From positions 46,241 through 110,240 of the forward strand of contig JBJLJD010000008.1 of NCBI GenBank assembly GCA_045563435.1: a stretch of 64,000 nucleotides of DNA. The letters are read 5' to 3'. The position numbers and the translations under genes were made by a program. This document shows, piece by piece, positions 1 to 10,111 of the stretch. Numbering within the stretch: position 1 is the first letter of the stretch; each line of letters begins with the position of its first letter. Under the pieces are notes generated by a model. The model searched no databases, was not told the origin of the DNA, and saw nothing but the letters and a program-made list of their open reading frames with translations. The DNA is from Gammaproteobacteria bacterium (lineage in GTDB: Bacteria; Pseudomonadota; Gammaproteobacteria; Magnimaribacterales; TMED112).

Positions 1-38
1 TTTTCCTTTTTTAAATTTATTTGAATTTTTTAGGATAC

Positions 39-692
39 TCATAAATATTTTTTGTATTCTTCTGATGGATTTTCAGAATTGATTATTGGTCTTCCTACAA
101 CTATAAAATCTGCTCCGCTCGCATATGCTGATTTAGATGACATTATTCTTTTTTGATCGTCTGAAACATCATTATTTCTTATTCCAGGAACAACTTTAAT
201 GAGGTTATCATCACTTATTTTAACTAGCTCATGAGAACTACATACTATTCCATGCGTTTTTGTATCCGTTATAACTTTGAGAAGCATTTCGAATTGTTTT
301 TCAAAATCATTATCATACAGTCTTGAAATGTCTTCCCTATCTAAACTTGTTAAAAGGCTTACAGCAAGAATCTTTATATCATTTGACTGGTCAAGAGCTG
401 CATTTATCATTTCAACTCCACCTTGAGAATGAATTGTGGTCATTTTTATATTAAATTTCTGAATTTCTTTGATCGCTCTAGCGACTGTATTTGGAATATC
501 ATGTAGTTTTAAATCCAAAAAAATTTCAAAACCTTGCTCGCTTAAATAGTCTAGAACTTCTTTTCCATGTGCAATATATAACTGAAGACCTACTTTCATT
601 AAACATAATTTTGGATCAAAAAGAGCGCTTAGTTTCTTAACAAGATATAAGTCATCAGTATCTAGAGCAATTATCAGCCTTTTAGACGTCAT
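39..692 (-). CDS. pyrF: orotidine 5'-phosphate decarboxylase
   Basis: 217-aa ORF. 'LIIALD' N-terminus and 'DLKLHDIPNTV' catalytic-Lys motif are typical of type-1 OMP decarboxylases. Confidence 0.9.
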   Translation of the reverse strand: MTSKRLIIALDTDDLYLVKKLSALFDPKLCLMKVGLQLYIAHGKEVLDYLSEQGFEIFLDLKLHDIPNTVARAIKEIQKFNIKMTTIHSQGGVEMINAALDQSNDIKILAVSLLTSLDREDISRLYDNDFEKQFEMLLKVITDTKTHGIVCSSHELVKISDDNLIKVVPGIRNNDVSDDQKRIMSSKSAYASGADFIVVGRPIINSENPSEEYKKYL

Positions 693-725
693 AAGAAAAA
701 TTGTATTTTAAAGAGGCTTTGAAAT

Positions 726-2039
726 CTAGGAAAGAAGAGTTAATGAAATTCTCTCCCTCTCCGAGTCCATTCCACTAATAGAGACATTTATAGCTTGTCC
801 CTCTTGATAGACTTCTTCTATTGATTGAGTGCCTGTATCGATTTCAGAGTGATGAATAAGGCCATCTATACCTCCCTCAAGATCAACAAATATTCCAAAA
901 TCTGTGACCGACTTTATCTTTAACCCTTCTAAAACATCGCCATTATTATGTTTATCCTCAAAGGCTTTCCATGGATTTTCGGAAGTATGTTTTTTACTCA
1001 AAGATATTTTTCTTTCTCCCATATCAATTTCCATAATTTTTACTTCAATTTTGTCGCCTTTATTCAATATCGAAGATGGGTTGATGTTCTTATTTTTCCA
1101 ATCTAAGTCTGTGATATGTACTAATCCCTCAATGTGTTCTTCAAGTTTTACAAAACAACCATAATCAGTGGTGAGTGTTACCTCTCCTTCAATAACTTGT
1201 CCTACATGATATTTAGTTTCAAGTTCTTTCCATGGGTCCTCAGTTAGTTGTTTTAAACCGAGAGAAACTCTCATTTTTTCTTTATCGAATGATAAGACTA
1301 AAAATTCCATTTTGTCACCAACTTTCAAAACGTCTTTTGGTTGAGCAACACGCTTCCATGACAAATCAGTAACATGCAAAAGACCGTCCATGCCACCTAA
1401 ATCTACAAACGCTCCATAGTCAGTTAGATTCTTAACTGTACCTTCAATTTTTTCTCCCTCTTTAATAACCTTAAGGAGCCTTTCTCTTTCTTCAGAATTT
1501 TGTTCTTGTAAAACTGCTTTTCTTGATAGAACAATATTTGTTCTTTTCTTATCAAATTTCATAACTTTAAATTCAAGAATTTGTCCGGTTAAATCTGGAT
1601 AGTCTTTACCACCTTTTGGATCTACTAGAGATCCTGGTAAAAAGGCTTTTACTAAATCAACAAAGACAGTAAAACCACCTTTTACTTTATTGGTGACCTT
1701 TGCCTCAATATATTCACCGTCACTATGAGCTTTCTCAAGCTTGTCCCAGATTTCCTGTTTTCTTGCCTTTTCACGTGAAAGTCTAATTTCTCCAAATCCA
1801 TCATCAAGAGTATCAAGAATGACTTCTGTTTCATCTCCTACTTCTATTTCAATACCATTTTTGTGATCTTGAAATTCTTCCAGAGGAACAAGCCCATCAG
1901 ATTTAAAACCTACATCAAGTGTTACCCATTTTTTGCCAATTTCTAAAACACGTGCTTTCACAAGTGAGCCCTGGACTAAATTGAACTCACTAAAACTTTT
2001 ATCAATTAAATCTTTTAAAACTTTTTCAGTATCTTTCAT
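726..2039 (-). CDS. rpsA: 30S ribosomal protein S1 (five S1 domains)
   Basis: 437-aa ORF with five tandem S1/OB repeats (e.g. 'GEKIEGTVKNLTDYGAFVDLGG', 'GQVIEGEVTLTTDYGCFVKL', 'GDVLEGLKIKSVTDFGIFVDLEGG'). It lies directly downstream of cmk, the conserved arrangement. Confidence 0.93.
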   Translation of the reverse strand: MKDTEKVLKDLIDKSFSEFNLVQGSLVKARVLEIGKKWVTLDVGFKSDGLVPLEEFQDHKNGIEIEVGDETEVILDTLDDGFGEIRLSREKARKQEIWDKLEKAHSDGEYIEAKVTNKVKGGFTVFVDLVKAFLPGSLVDPKGGKDYPDLTGQILEFKVMKFDKKRTNIVLSRKAVLQEQNSEERERLLKVIKEGEKIEGTVKNLTDYGAFVDLGGMDGLLHVTDLSWKRVAQPKDVLKVGDKMEFLVLSFDKEKMRVSLGLKQLTEDPWKELETKYHVGQVIEGEVTLTTDYGCFVKLEEHIEGLVHITDLDWKNKNINPSSILNKGDKIEVKIMEIDMGERKISLSKKHTSENPWKAFEDKHNNGDVLEGLKIKSVTDFGIFVDLEGGIDGLIHHSEIDTGTQSIEEVYQEGQAINVSISGMDSERERISLTLLS

Positions 2040-2667
2040 TTATTAATTCTTCTATAACTTCTAAGGTTTCCTCAACGCTTTTGGAAGTATTATCTATGAG
2101 AAAAGAATCTTTCGATTCTCTCAAAGGTGAAACTTTTCGATTGCTATCTTTAAAGTCTCTTGCCTCAATCTCACTTTTAAGTTTTGAGATATTAACCTTT
2201 TGTCCTGCATTTCTCAACTGGTTTGCCCTTCTATTAACTCTTTCATCAATATTAGCAGTGAGGAAAATTTTTACTTTTGAATCTAAAAAAACTCTAGTAG
2301 ACATATCTCTACCTTCAGCAACAAGACCTGGTTCCTTAAGATAAGATTTTTGTATTTGTAACAAACGCTTCCTTACATCAATTTTTTGAGATAATTCAGA
2401 TGAAAGAGTAGTAATATCAGGACCTCTTATAATATTTGTAATTTTATTTCCATTAAAAGTAATTTCCTCATAATCTTTATCATAGAAATGTTCAATATTA
2501 ATAATTTCCTCTTCAATATTCCTAACACCCTTAGAAAATAAGTAAGCAAAACATCTATATATGAGACCACTATCAAGATAATTCCATTTCTTTTTTATAG
2601 CTAAAGCTTTTGAAAGTGCTCCTTTACCAGAACCTGATGGACCATCTATTGTTACTATTGGTACCAT
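2026..2667 (-). CDS. cmk: cytidylate kinase
   Basis: P-loop 'IDGPSGSGKG'. aroA-cmk-rpsA synteny. Confidence 0.92.
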   Translation of the reverse strand: MVPIVTIDGPSGSGKGALSKALAIKKKWNYLDSGLIYRCFAYLFSKGVRNIEEEIINIEHFYDKDYEEITFNGNKITNIIRGPDITTLSSELSQKIDVRKRLLQIQKSYLKEPGLVAEGRDMSTRVFLDSKVKIFLTANIDERVNRRANQLRNAGQKVNISKLKSEIEARDFKDSNRKVSPLRESKDSFLIDNTSKSVEETLEVIEELINERY

Positions 2668-3836
2668 TTTTTTAGTAATTCAAAAAAATTTGGGAAAGAA
2701 GTTTCTACACATCTTTTATTATCAATATGTATTTTTTTCTTATCTTTAAGTGAGGCTATCATAAAGCTCATTGCAATTCTGTGATCTCCTTGAGTTTCGA
2801 TTTCAACAGAACTATTACTTTCATTCAACTCTGGAATTATGTCAAATCCGTCATCATACTCATTGATAGTTGTGTTTGGATTGAATTTTTTAATGTTTGA
2901 TAACAATAGACTTATTCTATCTGATTCCTTATACCTTAATTCTTTAGCATCTCTTATCGTTGTTCTTCCTCTTGCAAACATAGCTAGTGTGCCAATAAGA
3001 GGAATCTCATCAATTAGATTTGGTATTTTGTCTCCATAAATCTCAACGCCCTTAAGCTCTTGCTTACAATTAACCATAATATCAGCTCTAGGTTCATTTG
3101 ATTTTGATGATTTATTTTTTAAAGAGACTGTTGCTCCCATTTCTTCAAGTGTATTCAAAAAGGCTATTCTAGTTGGATTGACGCCTACATTTTCTAAAAT
3201 TATTGATTTGTTTGAAAGCAGATTTGCTGCTAGTAGATACGCTGCTGATGAAAAATCTCTTGGGATATCAATGAATTTCTTTTGAATTTTTTTCCTACCA
3301 TCAAAAATTATTTTATTTTCTTTCCTAATAATATCCGCTCCACATTCTTCAAGAATTCTTTCTGTATGATCTCTTGATGGAATTATCTCTGTAATTTCAA
3401 TTTTTGATTGGGAGGTTAAAGCTGCCATCAGCATGCATGATTTAATTTGTGCGCTTGGGATATTTAAAGTGAATTCAAAATTATCCTTCAAAGAAGACTT
3501 TGAGATATCAATTGGCGCATACCTATCTGCACTCAATTTAATATTTGCTCCCATGCTATTAAGTGGACCTGTTATTCTGTCCATAGGTCTTGATGAGAGT
3601 GAGGCATCGCCCTTTAAAATACATTCCTTGCCTGTTCCTGCGATGTACCCAGTTAACAATCTCATTCCCGTGCCTGAATTTCCAAGATCTAAGACTATTT
3701 TTTCATTACTCTCTGAAAATTCCTTTGTAGCTTTCAAAGTGCTCTTTATGTCCTCACCAATTTCATCTTTATTAAAATCTAGACCTAGGATTGCGCATCT
3801 CTGTGCTATTGATTTATCTACAGGCAATTCAATCAC
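2655..3836 (-). CDS. aroA: 3-phosphoshikimate 1-carboxyvinyltransferase (EPSP synthase, class II-like motifs)
   Basis: Motifs 'LGNSGTGMRLL', 'SAQIKS', 'RDHTER', 'NPTR'. The GTG start overlaps the tyrA stop (GTGA). Confidence 0.9.
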   Translation of the reverse strand: MIELPVDKSIAQRCAILGLDFNKDEIGEDIKSTLKATKEFSESNEKIVLDLGNSGTGMRLLTGYIAGTGKECILKGDASLSSRPMDRITGPLNSMGANIKLSADRYAPIDISKSSLKDNFEFTLNIPSAQIKSCMLMAALTSQSKIEITEIIPSRDHTERILEECGADIIRKENKIIFDGRKKIQKKFIDIPRDFSSAAYLLAANLLSNKSIILENVGVNPTRIAFLNTLEEMGATVSLKNKSSKSNEPRADIMVNCKQELKGVEIYGDKIPNLIDEIPLIGTLAMFARGRTTIRDAKELRYKESDRISLLLSNIKKFNPNTTINEYDDGFDIIPELNESNSSVEIETQGDHRIAMSFMIASLKDKKKIHIDNKRCVETSFPNFFELLKKWYQ

Positions 3837-4555
3837 TTCAAATATTTATTTACTTTTTCTATTAAGAATTCTAGATTTTTTTTATTGTCTGAAAAAATTT
3901 CATCCCATAAATCTTTATCTGACTCTGATAAGCGTAAAATTTCTTTTAAACTGTCTCCAGATAAACGTTTGTAATCAATTTTCTCTTCCTCTAGTATTTT
4001 TTTATAGATAAAGCTGAAATAATGAGGGAAATGGCTTAAAAATGCATATATTTTATTATGTTCATCTATATCCATGTATGTGACTTTTGCTCCAATCGAA
4101 TTCCAGAATAATTCGATTTTTTCTGATAAAAATTTGTTAGGATTTGATATAACTATTACTTCTTTATTCTTAAAAAGTTCACTGTCAGAGTATTGAGGAC
4201 CAGTATTATGACTTCCACAAATTGGGTGAGAAGAAATAAAATTTTCTGGCATATTATGTGTTTTTAAAAAGTTCTTTGAGCTTGAAATTTCTGTAATTAT
4301 TGAACTTGGGTATTTTTTTGAAACCTCATTAATCTTATCAGGAACTGATTTTTGTCGAGAACAAATAATTATCAAATCAAAATCTCTATCTCCTGCTTCA
4401 TCAAGAGAGCTGTATATATTCTTATAAATTTTTTGATTTATTAAGAAATCTTTAAATGGTGAGTGCTCCTCCACACAAGAAATATGTTTATTACCTACAG
4501 CTAAAGCAATTGAGGTGCCCATAAATCCTGAGCCAATGATTAAAATATTTTTCAT
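3833..4555 (-). CDS. tyrA: prephenate (or arogenate) dehydrogenase
   Basis: N-terminal Rossmann 'IIGSGFMGTS' and 'SSHPICGS' catalytic-His region. Position between the chorismate mutase gene and aroA. Confidence 0.8.
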   Translation of the reverse strand: MKNILIIGSGFMGTSIALAVGNKHISCVEEHSPFKDFLINQKIYKNIYSSLDEAGDRDFDLIIICSRQKSVPDKINEVSKKYPSSIITEISSSKNFLKTHNMPENFISSHPICGSHNTGPQYSDSELFKNKEVIVISNPNKFLSEKIELFWNSIGAKVTYMDIDEHNKIYAFLSHFPHYFSFIYKKILEEEKIDYKRLSGDSLKEILRLSESDKDLWDEIFSDNKKNLEFLIEKVNKYLK

Positions 4556-4833
4556 TTCTCTTGATGTTTTAAAGAGGTTTTTAAAATTATTTTAAATACA
4601 GCTTTTAAATCTTCAACTGGATAATTTGTTTTAAGTAATGATAATTTTTCCATTATTTGATCATGTCTTTCTTGATCAAAAAAATCTCTACTATTATTTT
4701 TTTTGAATTTTCCTATCTCAGCGGAAATTAACAACCTAGATTCTAATAGGCTCACAATTTCCATATCAATAGAATCTATCTCTTCTCTTAGCAATGCTAA
4801 ATCAATTTCATCCATATTTTTTTTCAAAATCAA
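4552..4833 (-). CDS. monofunctional chorismate mutase (AroQ type)
   Basis: 93-aa helical protein with 'LLREEIDSIDMEIVSLLESRLLISAEIGKFKK'. It sits where pheA lies in Pseudomonas-type operons but has no prephenate dehydratase domain. An alternative ATG at 4815 would shorten the overlap with serC. Confidence 0.75.
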   Translation of the reverse strand: MILKKNMDEIDLALLREEIDSIDMEIVSLLESRLLISAEIGKFKKNNSRDFFDQERHDQIMEKLSLLKTNYPVEDLKAVFKIILKTSLKHQEK

Positions 4834-5893
4834 TCATGTACTGACCTAAGCGCTCGACACACTCAAACTCAAGAGGATTATATATACTTGCTCTCATTCC
4901 ACCAACACTTCTATGACCTTTAAGATAAAACAAACCGTTATCCTCAGCACCTTGTAGGAACTTGCTCTCTAATTCATCATTTTGAAGTGTGAAAACAACA
5001 TTGCAAATTGACCTCTGCTCTTTGAATACAGGATTCATATAAAAATCAGAATTATCGATTATGTGATATAAATGATTTGTTTTTTTAATACTATTTTTCT
5101 CCATTTTCCTTATGCCTCCATTTTTCTTGTACCAGCTGAATATTTTACCAGCCACATACCAACCAAAAGTATTTGGAGTATTTAACATTGAATTTTCTTT
5201 TGCATGAGCGTCATATCTAAGAATATTTGGAAGATCTTTATTTGATTTTTCTAGTAATTCTCTTTTTAAGATAATTAACGTGATTCCAGATGGCCCAAAG
5301 TTTTTTTGTGCGCATGCATATATAAAATCATATTTTTTAATATCTATAGTTTCTGAAAAAAGGCATGATGACATATCAACAAAGAGTGGATGATTGGTCT
5401 CTATATCATTATTTACCCTTACTCCTTGTATGGTCTCATTTTTACAATAATGAACAATTGAAGTATCTTGAGCTATATTCCATTCATCGAAATTTTCTAT
5501 CTTTGTAAAATTATTATCTTTTGATGAAGTACATATATGCACATCACAAATATTACTTGCTTCTTTAATAGCTTTTGATGACCACGATCCAACTTCAGCG
5601 AAGTTTGCCACTTTACCAAGATATGAAAAATTTAAAGGAATCATTGAGAACTGCAAAGTAGCACCACCTTGAAGAAAAATGACCTCATAATCATTCGGAA
5701 TATTAAGCAAATCTATTACATCAATTTTTGCTTGGTTTGCGATATCAACGAAAGTTTTATCTCTATGACTAATTTCAATAATTGATGAACCAATATTTTT
5801 ATAATCTAGCAATTCATCTTTAACTTCTTGTAAAACTTCTTGTGGAATTGCTGCTGGACCAGCACTGAAATTTGCAATCTTACTCTTCATCAA
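4808..5893 (-). CDS. serC: phosphoserine aminotransferase
   Basis: 361-aa class-V aminotransferase ('FSAGPA', '[10 protein letters not shown]' PLP-Lys region). gyrA-serC synteny. Confidence 0.92.
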   Translation of the reverse strand: MMKSKIANFSAGPAAIPQEVLQEVKDELLDYKNIGSSIIEISHRDKTFVDIANQAKIDVIDLLNIPNDYEVIFLQGGATLQFSMIPLNFSYLGKVANFAEVGSWSSKAIKEASNICDVHICTSSKDNNFTKIENFDEWNIAQDTSIVHYCKNETIQGVRVNNDIETNHPLFVDMSSCLFSETIDIKKYDFIYACAQKNFGPSGITLIILKRELLEKSNKDLPNILRYDAHAKENSMLNTPNTFGWYVAGKIFSWYKKNGGIRKMEKNSIKKTNHLYHIIDNSDFYMNPVFKEQRSICNVVFTLQNDELESKFLQGAEDNGLFYLKGHRSVGGMRASIYNPLEFECVERLGQYMIDFEKKYG

Positions 5894-8420
5894 GAGTTTC
5901 TTTAAATCCTACTGCATCAACAAGACTTTCTTCATCTCTTGTTGAAACTACTTTTACTCCTTGAGTATTCCTTCCTATAACGCTTATTTGGTTAACCTGA
6001 GTTCTTATCAATGTTCCGCGGTTTCCAATTAACATTACCTCATCTCCGTCAATTACTTGAACTGCAGCAATCATTTTTCCATTTCTTTGTGAGGTATTTA
6101 ATGCAATTACACCTTTCCCACCCCTTTTTTGCCCACTAAATTCTGAAATATTTGTTCGTTTTCCATAACCATTCTGACTAATGGTTAAAAGTTTGGCCTC
6201 AGGAATTACTTTCATAATAGAAATCACTTTATCCTCTTTGTGAATATTCATTCCTTTTACACCTCTTGTAGATCTTCCCATTGGTCTTACATCAGTTTCA
6301 TTAAATCTTATAGCTTTTCCAGACTCAGAAGCTAAACATATTTCGTCAGAACCATCTGTAATTACTGTACCAATAAGTTTATCGCCATCATCTAAATTTA
6401 TTGCTCTAAGTCCTGGAGCGTATTTTTTTTCAAAAGCCTTTAAAACTGTTTTCTTTACTACTCCATTTCTTGTAGCCATTAAGATGTAATGTCCATCTTT
6501 ATATTCATCTACTGGTAAAAAAGAGGTTACTCTTTCGTCTTCTTCTAAAGGAAGTACATTTGAAATAGGTCTACCTTTTGCAGTACGAGACATTATGGGT
6601 AATTTATAGATTTCAAGCCAATGGACTTTACCTTTAGTTGTAAAACAAAGAACTTGAACATGAGTGTTCAGAACTAGCACTTGTTTAATAAAATCCTCAT
6701 CTCTTAGAGCTGAAGCTGTTTTTCCAACTCCACCCCTTCTCTGAGATCTATATTCTGCGAGTTGTTGAGTTTTTACAAACCCATTATTTGATATAGTGAA
6801 TACTCTCTCCTCTTCTGGTATTAAATCAGCATCATCAATTGTTAGTCGCTTTTCGATTATTTCAGTTCTTCTTTCATCGCCAAAATTTGATTTAATTTCT
6901 TCTAGTTCTTTTTTTACAACTTTTATAAGAACTGATTCTGTAGAGAGTATCTCTTGAAGTCTTTTAATTTCTTTAATTAGTTCTTCATATTCCTCTTTTA
7001 ACTTATCAGTTTCAAGAGCAGTTAATCGACTTAATCTTAACTCAAGAATTGCTTTAGCTTGCACAACAGACAACTTATATTTTTTTCCGTTGAGACCAAA
7101 ACCTTTTTCAAGACCCTCAGGTTTACATATATCTGGATCGTCTACCTTATCAAGTAAAGGTTTGATTGTGTCAGCTGACCAATCTCTTTCGCACAACTTC
7201 TCAGAAGCAACCTTAACATTTTCAGATTTTTTTATAATATCAATAACTTCATCTATATTTGCAATTGCAACAATTAAACCCTCAACTACATGCCCTCTCT
7301 CTTTTGCTTGTCTTAATTCAAATAATGATCTGTTTGTAACTACTGTTTTTCTATGTTCAAGAAAAATATTTAGAAGTTCTTCTAAGTTACATAATTTAGG
7401 CCTACCATCTACTAGAACAACATTATTAATTCCAAAAACTTGTTCTAATTGTGAATTTTTAAATAAGTTATTTAGAACAACCTCTGGAACCTCACCTTTT
7501 TTTAATTCAATTACAGCTCTAATTCCGTCCTTATCTGATTCATCTCTAATTTCACCTATACCCTCGAGCTTTTTCTCTTTCACTAGTTCAGCTATTCTTT
7601 CTAGCATACGTGCCTTATTCACCATGAATGGTATTTCAGTAATTACAATTGCTTCTTTACCACCTTTTATTTGTTCGAATGAGGTTTTTGCTCTTGTATA
7701 AACCTTTCCTTGACCTGTTCTATATGCTTGTTCAATTCCATCTATGCCAGTAATAATACCACCTAATGGGAAATCAGGACCCTTTACGATTTTAAGCAGG
7801 TCCTCAATTGTGCAACTAGGATTATCAAGGATATGAAAACAAGCATCTAAGATTTCTGTAGCATTATGTGGTGGAATATTAGTTGCCATACCAACTGCGA
7901 TTCCAGAAGATCCATTAATTAAAAGATTTGGTACTCTTGTAGGTAAAACATCGGGTATGTCTTCAGTCCCGTCATAATTTGGAGAGTAGCTAACTGTCTC
8001 CTTTTCAATATCTGCAAGAATTTGATCGGTAATTTTCTGCATTCTTATTTCTGTATATCTCATTGCTGCAGCTGAATCACCATCAATACTTCCAAAATTC
8101 CCCTGACCCTCCACTAGTGGATAACGAAGTGAAAAATTTTGAGCCATCCTAACAATTGCATCGTAAACAGCAGTATCGCCATGTGGATGGTATTTCCCTA
8201 TTACCTCTCCAACCACTCTTGCAGACTTTTTATAGGGTTTGTTATAAGTATTTGAAAGCTTATGCATAGCATACAAAATTCTCCTGTGAACAGGCTTCAT
8301 TCCATCTCTAGCATCAGGTAATGCACGGCCAATGATGACGCTCATGGCGTAGTCTAGATATGACTTTTTTAACTCGTCTTTAACGTCTACAGAAAGGACT
8401 TCTTTAGCAAAATCTTGCAC
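5880..8420 (-). CDS. gyrA: DNA gyrase subunit A
   Basis: 846 aa. '[17 protein letters not shown]' QRDR, 'AAMRYTE' catalytic Tyr, C-terminal beta-pinwheel repeats. GTG start. Confidence 0.97.
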   Translation of the reverse strand: MQDFAKEVLSVDVKDELKKSYLDYAMSVIIGRALPDARDGMKPVHRRILYAMHKLSNTYNKPYKKSARVVGEVIGKYHPHGDTAVYDAIVRMAQNFSLRYPLVEGQGNFGSIDGDSAAAMRYTEIRMQKITDQILADIEKETVSYSPNYDGTEDIPDVLPTRVPNLLINGSSGIAVGMATNIPPHNATEILDACFHILDNPSCTIEDLLKIVKGPDFPLGGIITGIDGIEQAYRTGQGKVYTRAKTSFEQIKGGKEAIVITEIPFMVNKARMLERIAELVKEKKLEGIGEIRDESDKDGIRAVIELKKGEVPEVVLNNLFKNSQLEQVFGINNVVLVDGRPKLCNLEELLNIFLEHRKTVVTNRSLFELRQAKERGHVVEGLIVAIANIDEVIDIIKKSENVKVASEKLCERDWSADTIKPLLDKVDDPDICKPEGLEKGFGLNGKKYKLSVVQAKAILELRLSRLTALETDKLKEEYEELIKEIKRLQEILSTESVLIKVVKKELEEIKSNFGDERRTEIIEKRLTIDDADLIPEEERVFTISNNGFVKTQQLAEYRSQRRGGVGKTASALRDEDFIKQVLVLNTHVQVLCFTTKGKVHWLEIYKLPIMSRTAKGRPISNVLPLEEDERVTSFLPVDEYKDGHYILMATRNGVVKKTVLKAFEKKYAPGLRAINLDDGDKLIGTVITDGSDEICLASESGKAIRFNETDVRPMGRSTRGVKGMNIHKEDKVISIMKVIPEAKLLTISQNGYGKRTNISEFSGQKRGGKGVIALNTSQRNGKMIAAVQVIDGDEVMLIGNRGTLIRTQVNQISVIGRNTQGVKVVSTRDEESLVDAVGFKETLDEE

Positions 8421-8447
8421 AAAGTAATTTTATCATAATAGCTGGTA

Positions 8448-9842
8448 CTAATCTTTAAATTCAGCCACTAATTTGGAGATACTTTCTTTGGCATCACCGA
8501 AAAGCATTCTACTGTTTTCTTTGAAGAATAAAGGGTTTTGTACTCCTGCAAAACCAGATGACATTGATCTTTTTAAAATAATAACAGTCTTTGCTTTATG
8601 AACTTCTATTATTGGCATTCCATAAATAGGACTACCAGGTTGCTCAGTTGCAGAAGGATTCACAACATCATTAGCACCAATCACTAAGACTACGTCGACA
8701 GTGCTCATTTTCGGATTTATATCTTTTGGTTCAAGCAAGTTATCGTAGGGAACATTTGCCTCAGCTAAAAGCACATTCATATGTCCAGGCATCCTACCAG
8801 CTACAGGATGTATTCCGAAATTTATCTCACATCCATTCTCTTCAAGAAGATCTCCAAGTTCTTTTACAACATGTTGTGCTTGAGCAACCGCCATTCCATA
8901 CCCTGGTACAACTAATACTGAACTTGCTGATTCTAGAATTAAAAAACTATCCTCAGCACTAATGGGCTTAACTTCTCCAGCCACTTCTTGAGCATCGCCT
9001 TTAGAAGCTGCATATCCAACAAAGAAAATATTGTACAAAGATCTATTCATAGACTTAGCCATGATTAGGGTTAAGACAAGACCAGAAGCTCCAACTAAAC
9101 ATCCTGCAACAATTAATGAAGTATTTGAAATAACAATTCCTGCAAAAGCAGCTGCGACACCAGACAATGAATTTAATAATGAAATTACTACAGGCATATC
9201 TCCACCGCCTATTGGTAATACAAAAAATATTCCAGCAAGAATTGAGACAATAAGTAAGACTATAAATCCATCACTTACAGCTAAAAGACTTGGTCCAAAA
9301 TTAAATAAATCCAGTAAAACAGTTACAGTAAAAAATCCGAGATAAATTAGTGATGTTATGAGAAATACTCTCGAAAATTTATCTAAAAATGCAGGGGATG
9401 CTTTTAAACTCTCAGATAACTTTAAAAATGCAATAACACTTCCAGAGAAAGTTACACCACCAATGAATACAGTTAAAGAGGTGATTAATATCAAAATATT
9501 CATTTCAGATGTTGATGTAAATTCAGACCATGCCAAAAAGAAAGAGGATAAACCTCCAAAACCATTGAATAATGCAACCATTTCAGGGATTGAGGTCATT
9601 TTTACTCTTAATGCAAACAATGCACCAATACTACCTCCAAGCAAGATTGCAACTAAAACTAGTACTGGATTAATAATATTAGTTACAGTAACTAAAACAG
9701 CCAAAAACATACCTAAAGAAGATACAAGATTACCTCTGGCTGCGGAGCTTTCCTGACCCAGCATTTTTAGTCCAAAAATAAATAAAATAGCTGCTAAAAT
9801 GTAACCAAATTCTTGTAAGAAAATATAATTAAAATCCATCAT
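8448..9842 (-). CDS. pntB: NAD(P) transhydrogenase subunit beta
   Basis: Polytopic N-terminus plus C-terminal dIII domain ('GYGMAVAQAQH', 'HPVAGRMPGHMNVLLAEA'). Confidence 0.93.
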   Translation of the reverse strand: MMDFNYIFLQEFGYILAAILFIFGLKMLGQESSAARGNLVSSLGMFLAVLVTVTNIINPVLVLVAILLGGSIGALFALRVKMTSIPEMVALFNGFGGLSSFFLAWSEFTSTSEMNILILITSLTVFIGGVTFSGSVIAFLKLSESLKASPAFLDKFSRVFLITSLIYLGFFTVTVLLDLFNFGPSLLAVSDGFIVLLIVSILAGIFFVLPIGGGDMPVVISLLNSLSGVAAAFAGIVISNTSLIVAGCLVGASGLVLTLIMAKSMNRSLYNIFFVGYAASKGDAQEVAGEVKPISAEDSFLILESASSVLVVPGYGMAVAQAQHVVKELGDLLEENGCEINFGIHPVAGRMPGHMNVLLAEANVPYDNLLEPKDINPKMSTVDVVLVIGANDVVNPSATEQPGSPIYGMPIIEVHKAKTVIILKRSMSSGFAGVQNPLFFKENSRMLFGDAKESISKLVAEFKD

Positions 9843-10111
9843 TTTTTCTTAAACATCCTCAACATTCTATTTGTGACAAGATAACCTCCAACTACATTTA
9901 TTGATGCAAACGTAATAGAGCAAAATGCTAAAACTATTTGAAGTGTGTTGCCAGTTTCAAGTGTAAGAGCACCCACAAGTGTAATTCCACTAATTGCGTT
10001 TGCACCAGACATAAGGGGTGTGTGGAGAGTGCTTGGTATTTTTGAAATTAACTCTAAACCTAAAAAAACTGCCAAGACTAATATAAATAGTAGTAATAGC
10101 ATTATTTCCAT
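9839..10111 (-). CDS. pntAB: NAD(P) transhydrogenase subunit alpha, part 2 (membrane piece)
   Basis: 90-aa protein, three hydrophobic helices by eye, wedged between pntAA and pntB with 4-nt and 1-nt overlaps. Confidence 0.85.
   Translation of the reverse strand: MEIMLLLLFILVLAVFLGLELISKIPSTLHTPLMSGANAISGITLVGALTLETGNTLQIVLAFCSITFASINVVGGYLVTNRMLRMFKKK

Noticed and set aside
3433-4011. Long antisense ORFs: 192 aa here, 203 aa at 7090..7701, 132 aa at 9358..9756, 123 aa at 45111..45482, 119 aa at 52986..53345, 109 and 92 aa inside dxs, and others in the track
   Set aside because: Each lies fully inside and opposite a confidently identified gene. All are Ser/Leu/Phe/Ile-rich with no motifs. 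Long stop-free antisense frames are a known by-product of codon bias, so I do not treat them as overlapping genes.
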